Below are positions 1 to 10,300 of a stretch of DNA of 60,088 bases, in pieces. The notes beneath the pieces were generated by a model. The model saw only the letters and a list, made by a program, of their open reading frames with translations, searched no databases and was not told the origin of the DNA. Position 1 is the stretch's first letter. Each line of letters starts with the position of its first letter. Source of the DNA: a virus (Duplodnaviria; Caudoviricetes); IMG/VR virus record IMGVR_UViG_3300021963_006531, positions 1 to 60,088 of that record, one strand, 5' to 3'. Made by a program: the position numbers and the translations under genes.

Positions 1-369
1 TTATTTGATGACGACATGATCAAGTACGAGTATATAATTGACTACGGAGATAAATTACCAGAGTTAGGAGAAATATATCAAATTCCACAATATTTGGTAT
101 TAGGATGTCAAAGTAAACTATGGATCAGGGACTTTGGAGACAAAAAATTAGAATTTAAAGCCTATAGTGAAGCTAAGATAGTTAGAGGTCTAGTTTCAAT
201 TATTTTAGAAATTTTTAATGGAAAAACTAAAGAGGAAATACTTGAAACTGATCCAAAAATTTTAAACAGTCTTGGAATAGCTGGACTGCTAACTCCAGGA
301 CGACAAAATGGAGTTGGAAATTTAATTACGAAAATTTATGAAATCGCCAACAAAAGAGCAGATAATTGA
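1..369 (+). CDS. sufE: SufE-family Fe-S assembly sulfur acceptor (probably 5'-truncated by the window edge)
   Basis: YEYIIDYG, V-x-GCQS-x-LW, SEAKIVRGL and LLTPGRQNG match the SufE pattern including the acceptor Cys. The frame is open from base 1. Confidence 0.85.
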   Translation, partial: LFDDDMIKYEYIIDYGDKLPELGEIYQIPQYLVLGCQSKLWIRDFGDKKLEFKAYSEAKIVRGLVSIILEIFNGKTKEEILETDPKILNSLGIAGLLTPGRQNGVGNLITKIYEIANKRADN

Positions 370-646
370 AGCAATACGCACAGTTTATGATCCTGAAATT
401 CATGTAAATATTTACGACTTAGGATTAGTTTACGATATATGCGTAGTTAATGATTTGGTCACAGTTAACATGACTTTGACTAGTGCTTTCTGCCCAGCGG
501 CGGAAACATTACCAAATGAGGTTGAAGAAGCAATAAAAGAAATACCAGAAGTCAAAGAAGTTAAACTAAACATCGTTTGGGACCCACCATGGACCAAAGA
601 TATGATGTCAGATGAAGCTAAATTGGAGTTAGGAATTTATGATTGA
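338..646 (+). CDS. DUF59/SufT (PaaD-like) Fe-S cluster maturation protein
   Basis: VYDPEI-x-VNIYDLGLVY, MTLTSAFCP and VWDPPWTKDMMSDEAKLELG are DUF59 signatures. Confidence 0.9.
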   Translation: MKSPTKEQIIEAIRTVYDPEIHVNIYDLGLVYDICVVNDLVTVNMTLTSAFCPAAETLPNEVEEAIKEIPEVKEVKLNIVWDPPWTKDMMSDEAKLELGIYD

Positions 647-944
647 AATCACTGAAGCAGCCGCAAAATATATCAAATCTAAAAGTGATATTGGTTTTAG
701 GCTGAAGGTAAAAGAAAGCGGATGTAACGGGTTCAAATATGAATGGGCTGTTGCTGATTCCGATCAAGACAACGATATTGTAATGGAACAGTACGGGGCT
801 AAAGTTTTAATAGATAAAATGACCTATCTATACGTTCAAGATTCAACAATAGATTTAGAAACAAGTACTTTTAGCTCAACATTGAAAATAATTAATCCAC
901 AAGTCAAAAATACCTGCGGCTGTGGGGAAAGTGTTAGCTTTTAA
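639..944 (+). CDS. A-type Fe-S carrier (HesB/IscA/SufA family)
   Basis: IEITEAAA, SGCNGFKY and C-terminal TCGCGESVSF contain the three conserved Cys. Confidence 0.92.
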   Translation: MIEITEAAAKYIKSKSDIGFRLKVKESGCNGFKYEWAVADSDQDNDIVMEQYGAKVLIDKMTYLYVQDSTIDLETSTFSSTLKIINPQVKNTCGCGESVSF

Positions 945-1228
945 TATTTCCCCACTGGCAAGGTACTGCTTGCTGGCATATCCCAAATCAGTCTTTTTTC
1001 TACGCCCTTTTTCTGGGCAAATCTTTTAGAGTCACAATTTGAGCAAACATGAAAATAATTGTTGCTGACTCTTTTTGGATCAACGTTCTTCTTATATCTT
1101 TTAAATTCCTGATCACAGCAGTCACACCTAAAAATCAATATAGTATTAAGTCTTGAGTAATAGTGTATCTTACCCAATTTACTCTTTCGAGTATACTCTT
1201 GTTTCTCTTTGGTGGACATTATGAACAT
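941..1228 (-). CDS. Hypothetical Cys-containing (CxxC...CxxC) phage protein
   Basis: CDCC and CSNC pairs. Start moved to ATG 1228, 5 nt after a minus-strand TAAATA, because the listed 1330 start overlaps the next gene. Confidence 0.65.
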   Translation of the reverse strand: MFIMSTKEKQEYTRKSKLGKIHYYSRLNTILIFRCDCCDQEFKRYKKNVDPKRVSNNYFHVCSNCDSKRFAQKKGVEKRLIWDMPASSTLPVGKY

Positions 1229-1233
1229 ATCGG

Positions 1234-1269
1234 TATTTACATTAAGTTTATAAAATTTTAAGGTAAATA
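1234..1269. promoter_or_regulatory. Divergent pair of TAAATA late-type promoters
   Basis: TATTTA at 1234-1239 (minus-strand TAAATA) and TAAATA at 1264-1269, between divergent genes. Resembles the T4 late promoter TATAAATA. Confidence 0.6.
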
Positions 1270-1310
1270 ATCGTAGACACCGGGCAATTGGCCCCTTTTT
1301 GGAGTTCATA

Positions 1311-4300
1311 ATGGCAAGAAAAGATATCAATATTGGTTTAACAGGTAACGACGGAACAGGCGATAGTATCCGTGATGCGTTCTCAAAAGTAAATGCTAAC
1401 TTCCAAGAGTTGTATGCCAGTCAAGGTTTAGAGTCTGGATTAACATTTAATAACTTAGTTGACGTCGTAAAACCATTAAGACCTAATACTGTTTTAGGTT
1501 TAGATAGTCTAGGAAACAACGTAGTCAGCAAAGATCTTGTAGTAGATAATGGTCTATCTATTGATTCTACTTCAGATCCTTCTAAAATTGTTCTAAGTCT
1601 AGCTGGTATACAAATCAGTTTAGATCCAAACCCAACTCTTTCAAATTCACTGAATGCTGCCAATTTTAAATTGAACAACTTAGGAGATCCTGCGGCTGAT
1701 CAAGATGCAGTAACTAGAAAATGGGTTTATCAAAATTTCCTAAATAGAGACAATATTGATTTATTATCTACAGTACAAAATCCTAATGGTAGCACTATGC
1801 GCCAAAACTTTAGGATTCAACCTACTCCAGACAACGGAAATGCTAATATTGGAGATAAGGTTATTACTATTAGAGGTGCAGACGGCACCAGTAGTAAAAC
1901 TGTTGATCTCAATGTTCAAGCTGTGTTGCCAGGTCATGCTACACGTAAAGACTATGTTGATACTAAAATTTCTTTGCAAGGAACTGAAACAATAGATCCA
2001 GGAACAGGATTAGTAAATCGTGGTGCAGGGGTAATGACTGGGCCGTTGATACTAAATGACCATCCAGGAGACTATGAGGAAATAACACTTTCACCTTTAG
2101 GCGATGCTTTTGTAGAAGAAGATTATCGAGCAGCCACTAAAGGATATGTTGATGCTAAATCCTATAGTAGTCCAAGCAACCTATATGTTAGCACAAAAGG
2201 TAATGACGACATGTGGGATTTTGACAATGATCGTCCAAATCCTGATTATGGTTATCCAGAAGAAGAAATTGGTCGTAGTTGGAGTAAAGCATTTGCAACT
2301 TTACGTCAAGCATGTAGATATGCTAAAAAGATAATGGATCGTGTTCAATTACAGAACACCCCATATCAATTATTACCCTCAGCAATTACACGTTGGGTCC
2401 CACCATTTACTAACGCTTCGTCAAGTCCAAGAACTAGAGTTCGTGTGAGTTTACAAAATCACGGATTCGTTGATGGAGATTATGTACAGGTTAGTGGTGC
2501 CATTTTAGGTACTAACAATTCAGACACTAGAAATTTAAATGGAATTTTTAGAGTCAATAAAATTAGCAACAATTTATTTGAATTAAATTTAAAATCATTA
2601 GTAAATTGGATCAATCCAGAAGTTCCACCTGGTGGAACAATTAGTGTTGCTTTGGCAAATAAGAAAGACGGTCCTTACAGCGTTTTATCTAAAGTAGATT
2701 TTGGATTTAGAGGATTCTTTATACCAAAACCAGAAATTACTATTATGGTGGAGTCTGGTGTTTATTTTGAATATTTCCCTATCATTGTTCCACCAAACGT
2801 TGCAATTAAAGGTGATGAATTTAGAAGAACATTAGTTAAGCCTAAAGAAGGACCAGTTCTTGATGTAAATGAAGAGTTAAAATTTGTTCGAGGTGACCGA
2901 ACATTAGGTGCTGACTTTTGGTATAACACACATTACTACCATCAACTTGCCTTATCCGTAGGTGTAACAAACGTAACTGGTAGCACAACTTTAGAAATTA
3001 GAAATTCAGCTTACATGCCTAAATCGGGCATGCGATTAGTTTATGGTTCCACTGGTGGTGAACCAAATGTTTATAGAATTGGTAGTGTAAGAAATATTAT
3101 CTATAAACAACCTGATCCTGATGCAAACATTGCTCCAGGAACCTATACAATGGACATTGTTGATGAGAATGGCGATCCAAAACCTCTCGCTCAATCAATT
3201 CCTGATGGCACTGTATTAGAATTCTTATTGGATAACGAACATTGTGATTCATTATTAGTCAATGATGCTTTCCAATTACGTAATATGACATTTTTAGGAT
3301 CTAAAGGCTTTACGATGGCCTTTGATCCAAACGGGCAAATTTTAACACGTTCTCCTTATGGTCAGGTTTGTGCAACTTTTGCTGGTGAAGGCGGAGGTGG
3401 TCAACTTATTGACGGTATGGCTGGTAATCAAGTTTGCTATGTATTAGACAATAGATATACTGACCCATTTACAGGAACACAAGGTGCTCAAGGAACAAAA
3501 GTTACTGTAACTGGCTTAGAGAGAAGGCCAGAAATACCAAATACCTTTTTCATTGCTAAAAAGAAATATATTATTATAGACAGTACTACTCCAGATTCAA
3601 ATGGTACTGCAACATTAACTTTAAGCTCAACAACACCTATTGAGCAAGATGACACATTCTTACCTGCAGGTTTCTTACCTAGTGGAACACAGGTAGTAAT
3701 TGAAACAGCTGGTAATCGTTCCATGTTGTCCAACGACTTTACAATGGTTAATGATTTAGGTTACGGTATTATTGCAGAAAATAACGGAGTTTGTGAAGCC
3801 GTTTCTCAATTTACATACTACTGTAGAACTGGTTATTTGGCTAGAGCAGGTGGACAGATTCGTTCTGTAGGTGGATCAAGCTGTTATGGTCTACTGGGCC
3901 TTGTATCAGAAGGTAACGACCCAAATGAAGCTATTCAAATTGGTAAGATACGAACAACTCCTGTTAATTATATAGTTCCATATATTGATAGCCCATTGGC
4001 TGACGGCAACGTTGGTGCCGTTAATATTATTGTTGGTGGTACTGATACTGTGCCGCTAAGAAACTCAACATTTAAATTAGACAAACACGAAATTGTTTTA
4101 AAGAATGTTGCTCGTGCTAGACTTCCTGGTGGTACACTAGTGGCAGGACCATTGGTAGTTACTACAGTTTATAGTCATCCTTTTAGGACAGGTGATTCAG
4201 TTCAAATGACATCTATTAGAGGTGTTGAACTAATACCAGCAGTTCCTGGTACTCCTAATATTTCAACGGACATTGATGGAAGAACTTATACTATTACTGT

Positions 4301-7300
4301 AGTAGATAAGAAAACATTTACTCTTAATGGTACAAATAGTTTGTTATACGCCAATGATTTAGGAGTATACAACTTTGGTGATTTACCTGCTAGAGCAATA
4401 TCTAATTTTGTTGAAGATGCGCCAAGTACAGTTTATACTGTTAAGGGAAATCCAAGTGAAAGAAATATCACAGGTGTTGTTCGTTTTGACACCATAAGTG
4501 ACAACGCTATTGGACAAAATATTTTAAAAGTTTATAAATTAGAACGTCCAGCAGTATTAAACATGCAGTTTGTATTGTCCGCTACCAACCCTGTGGTTGA
4601 TGAAGACAATGACAGTGTTTTCACTGTCACAGGAATAACTGCTAGGGAAATTAAATTCCAAGCTAGTCCAAGATTAGGAGAATCAGATAATGCTCCAGGC
4701 GCAACAACACTTTACATTGCCAACGTTACTTCTCCAATTGATAATTCAATTATCACAAGTTCATTAAGTCCTTGGGCACCAAAAGCCGGATGGACTTTCC
4801 AACTATTAGATACCAATTTAGAAGAACAAGACTATGCTAGATACACAGTAGTAGGAACTCCAACATATGACTCTGGGACTCAACGATGGGCAATAGCATT
4901 GGATAGAGCCCTAACATATCAAATGATAAACCAAGTAGCTTCTGCTCAATTTACAAGAGTTGACGGATACTGGGATTTAACATTGGATAAGAATTTAACT
5001 GCTTCTATCCCTGGTAATACTATTTTTACATTTAGAAATAGTTATTGGAACATTAGTATTGATCCTGCTTTAAATATTGCTCTTAAAACTTTTAATGATG
5101 CATATAATAAACCTCGAGCTTATCCATTTAATCTATATCAGTTAAGGTCTGTATCTGTAAGTCAAATTACAAATAACCCACCTATTATTAATAGCTCTGC
5201 TTTGAGATTCTCTGCTAGTAACTATGATCCAAGTATCTATCGTATTTTAGGAAAAACTTCAGATGGTGGCACAACTGTTGAAACTTACTTATTAACTGAA
5301 TCTGCTTCACCTTTAGTTGGATTTAATGCCAACGCTGTAGAAAAGTTAACAGCCAATAAGACATTCATACAACAAGAAACTATCGATTATCTGTCAACAA
5401 TATATCCAAATTTTGAATATAATCAAGATATTTGTTACAGAGATGTTGGATACATCATTGATGCAGTAGTTTACGATTTAACCTATGGAGGCAATGTTAG
5501 AAGTCGTGGAGCAGGTGCCAGCTACTATCAACAAGGTAATCCAAGTGCCGCACTAGTATTGGCTCAACAAAAAGGGATCACTGTTGATGCAATTAATTAT
5601 GCAACACAGGTAGCACAATATGTTGTAAACCAATACATTGGTGCTGTGGGAACACAACTACCTCTACCATATAATGGCTCAAATTTAAACGGAGTACAAC
5701 AATTAATTAACAATAAGCAGTTCATACAAGAAGATGTAATTGCTTATTTGAATAATCAATTTCCTGGATTTAACTACGACGAAGAAAAATGTAAGAGAGA
5801 CGTAGAAATAATCATTAACTATGTTTTAGATGACGTAATATTTGGTACAAATTATAGATCTATAACAGCTGGATTAGCTTATCTAAGAAGTTATTCTTCT
5901 AACGTTATTGCCAATCAAAAAATACCAACAATCGCAGGTATTAATAAAGCAAGAGATTTGGCACTAGCATTGATAACAAATTCAGCTGTCATTACTGATA
6001 TTACCAACAAGTTTGGGTTAGTAACTGGAATTATTAATAGTGGTCAAAATAATGCTGAGTTAGTATTTGCTAATCCGGCAGTAGTGGACACTGGTGTCTT
6101 AAATTCTGTGAATTTACTAAGAGCAAATCAAGAATTTTTACAAGAAGAATTTATTGCATTTGTAAATTATAATTTTGTTGGGTACACTTACACTCCTGCA
6201 ATTCAAACCAAATGTGAAAGAGATATTGGTTATATTATAGATGCTGCCAGATATGATACAGCTTTTGGAACAAATTTTAATTCTGTAACTGCTGGTTTAG
6301 CATATCAAAGAGCTAACTCAAATTATCTACAAACTGAACAAAAGATTCAAACTACACAAGGTATTTTAAAAGCTAAAACTTTAACTCAAACTTTAGTTAA
6401 CTCTGATCCTATCGCATTGTCCAGGGTAACTGATAGTTTTGACACTGTTGTTAGTTTATTAAACGGCGGTACTGCACCAGCTCTAACTTATCCTACCCCA
6501 ATTGGAGCTACACAAGAAAAAATTAACGCCAAAGATCAATTACAACAAAACAGAGCGTTTATTCAATCTGAAATTATAGCATTCGTTAATGTCAACAATC
6601 CTCCAGCAAACTACAACCAAACTAAGTGTAGTCGTGACGTTGGGTACATTGTTGATGCATTATGTTATGACATACTTTACGGAGGAAACAGCGCAAGTGT
6701 TAGAGCCGCTGAGGCATACTTTGTAGGAACAACTAGTCAATTAGGTGCTGGGCAAGCAGTAGCCACATTGAATGCGTACTCTAGACTGCAAGTTGTTGTT
6801 GGACAGGTAATTCAAGGAACCATTGTTGCAAGATCAAGTGGCAACAATTCAACACAGAATAGAACTGGTAGTTTTGGTTCATCAAATGAAGCATCAACTG
6901 CTAGTGGAAACATAGAAATAATTAAAGGCGTAATCACTGCTGGTAATCTAAATACACTTCCAGCAGTAGTGAATCCTTCAATTTCCTTAGTTGAATCAAC
7001 ATTAATTACTGCGGTTACTAGTATCAATAATAATAAAACAACTATTATATCTGGTGTATCTGATTATATTATCTCAGCGTTCAGCGGATATTCATATGAT
7101 CCACAACTATGTATTAGAGATGTTGAATATATACTTGATGCCGTTTCTTTTGATACCCTATACGGAGGAAATACTGCAAGTATAGGAGCAGGCAGTGCAT
7201 ATTGGAATGGTGCTGTAACCTTAATTCAGGGCCAAGTAGATGTAACTATAATTGCTTTCAATCATTTGAAAGATGTAGTAAATCAAGTTCTACAAGCACA

Positions 7301-10300
7301 AGCTGTTGTAAAAACTTCTGGAAATACAGCAAATCAAAATACTAATTTAGCTTCTGGATCGGCTGCTTCTAGAACAACTGTTTCTAATTTATTAACAGTT
7401 GTTAATACTATTGCAGAGTTTGGTGTTGGCTCCTCTCCAACTTCCATATCACCATCATATACTAATGGTGCAAATTATACTACTGCTAACAACAGCAGGA
7501 TAACAATATTAAACAATCTTAATACTATTAAGAACGGTGTTATTTCTTATTTGAATACTACTTACAGTAGTGGATTTACCTATAATCAAGCCAAGTGTCG
7601 AAGAGACGTTGGTTATATTATAGATGCAGTTGCATATGATTTAGAATATGGCGGTAATGTTAAAACTAGAATTGCAGTTGAAGCTTACTATGACGGCAGT
7701 GCTAGTTCAGACGTAGTTTTAGAAACACAAAAATTACAAACTGTTTCTGCAATTAGACATGCTAAATCAATTGCTAAATTAATTGTATTAGAAAATCCCG
7801 TAACAAGACAATTAGGAAATCCGTTACTACAAAACACAAGTGGAACAGCTGGCGTAGCTGGTGTTGATGACAACAGAATGGAAGTGTTGTTTGAAATAAT
7901 TGCAGAAGTATTAGAAGATGGATTGACTGCATTACCTGCTAGAGAATTAGGAATACCTAGAAGTTATCAAGACCCTGAAGGAGCATCATATGTTGCGCAG
8001 AATATTGATAATGCTTTAATTTCTGAAACAGGTGCAGGAGTACGTATTGGTCAATTGATGTCCCAAATAACTTCAATTATTTCTCTTGGAACTACTGGCA
8101 CACATATAATACAAGAACCACAAATTAAAGACACATTGCAATCATTATTATTCCCTCCAACAGCAACCAGCTTACAGTATGGAGGAATAATAACTGGTCC
8201 AGGAATTCCAACTAAAGGTGTAAACGGTGTTACTGAAGACACTATTATTAGAACTGTTACACAGATATTTGATGAGTCACAGAATACAATTGGTTATAGG
8301 ATAAAAATTAGTGCATTATTGACTGCAGGAATTCCTGCTGGAACTGCAATAACTGTTTCAGGTCCTGGTGCTAATTATCTATTTGACTTAAACACTGATT
8401 TAGATTCAAGACATCTTGCAGGAGATGTAATTGGTATTACCACTACATTCTCAACTGTACGTGCAACAGGACATGACTTCCTACAAGTTGGTGCTGGTGG
8501 TTATGACGATTCTAATTATCCTAATAACGTTTATGGTCCTCCAAATAATACACCAAGTTCAAGCGCAATCGTTCAAGAAATTGGCACAGGTCGTGTATTC
8601 CACGTATCTACAGATCAAGACGGTAACTTTAGAGTTGGAAGTTACTTCAACGTTAATCAAGGTGATGGTAGTGTTACTATTGCCGCTAAGATTGGTTTGA
8701 GTGCTGTTAGTTCATTAACATTCTTAACTGGTGAAACTGTACGTGCTTTCTCTGGTGATCAGAAAATGGACGACAACAGCGATAACATTGTCCCAACACA
8801 GAAAGCCATTAAAACTTACATCAACAATATTATTGCTGGTAGATTCACTGTTGACAATACATTAACACCAAACAGAGGTTTGATGACCTTAGATGGTACT
8901 AGTGTAATGAAAGGAGACATGGATATTGGATTTAATAGCATAGAAAATGCTATTAATAGTACTAGCACTGATGGCACTGGTTTGGTCAATAGAAAATACG
9001 TTGACAACGTATTTGCTGGAGGCACAATTGATTTTGATGGTAGTTATTCTATAACTACCACTGGTGTAAGAACTGGAGTTAGAGCTTTTACAATGATTGA
9101 CGATAACACTAATGTTGGTGGTGTGTTTACCAACAGAGGTGGAATTGATCTAAATTCAAATAAAATTACCAATTTAAAAACACCAACATTGTCATTGGAT
9201 GCCGCTAATAAAGTATATGTAGATCAATCTATATCAACTGGCGGTATTAGAACAGGTTGGTCAGGTTTTACATTAAATGATACTACAACACGTTATAGTG
9301 TAAGCTCTGTAACTATAACTGCCAACGGTGCAAACTATACTGTTCCTCCTGCCGTAGTATTTTATTCTACTAGCGGCACAGGAGCAACTGGTAGAGCTGT
9401 ATTAGAGGCAGGAACTAATCCAAGGGGTGTTGCATCAATAATTATTGATACTCCTGGCTATGGCTATACCAGTTCTCCATCAGTTATCATTGGCGGTAGT
9501 GTAGCCAGTGTAAATCTATTATCTCAAGGAACTGGGTACTCGTCTACTCCAACAATTACATTCAGTGTACCTCAAACAGTAGGTGGCATTAGAGCAACTG
9601 GTTATGCTGTAATGGAAGGCTCTGGAAGTACACAAAAAATAAGTCAAATTGTTATCATTAATGGTGGCGTTGGATACACAGGGGCACCGTCAATCACTGC
9701 AACCGGTGGAAATCCTGTAACTCCTGCTTCCTTCAGCGTACAACTTCAAGGTGGCAGTGGTGCAACTGCAAGTGCTGTTATTGTTGCTATACAGAAGGAC
9801 ATTAATCTTAACGGAAATAGAGTTACTGGTAGTGCAGATCCAATTCAAACAACTGATTTAGTAACATTAAATTATTTTGATAGTAAAAACTTTATCAATA
9901 AGATATCTGATGTTACTATAACAGGTGTTCCAGGAAGTGGTGATTTACTAGTATTCACTGGTGATGTTCCGTTAGGATCTGGCGGCTCTATGGTGAATGC
10001 CAGTGTAAGTATTGCAAGTAATGTCACTATAACTAGAACTGGAAATTCAGTTACTATCGCACTTAAGACTGGAGCAGATGCCCCTGTAGGAAACGACAAT
10101 GTTAAAGCAGGTGCTGGTATTCTACAGTCTAAACTAGCATTAAATAGAGCCAACGTACAAACTTCTGCTTCTAACACCACTGCAAGTGATTATGGTGTTT
10201 CTGCTTTCCTAGTTGACGAGTTCAATACCAATAGCGGATTTATATCATTAAAACAAGCTACAAATAAAGTTACTGGGGTTAGACTTGATAGATTACAACA

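Noticed and set aside
5418-7670. CRISPR array or DNA tandem repeat
   Set aside because: The repeats are degenerate, protein-level and inside an open reading frame; no identical direct repeats with spacers.
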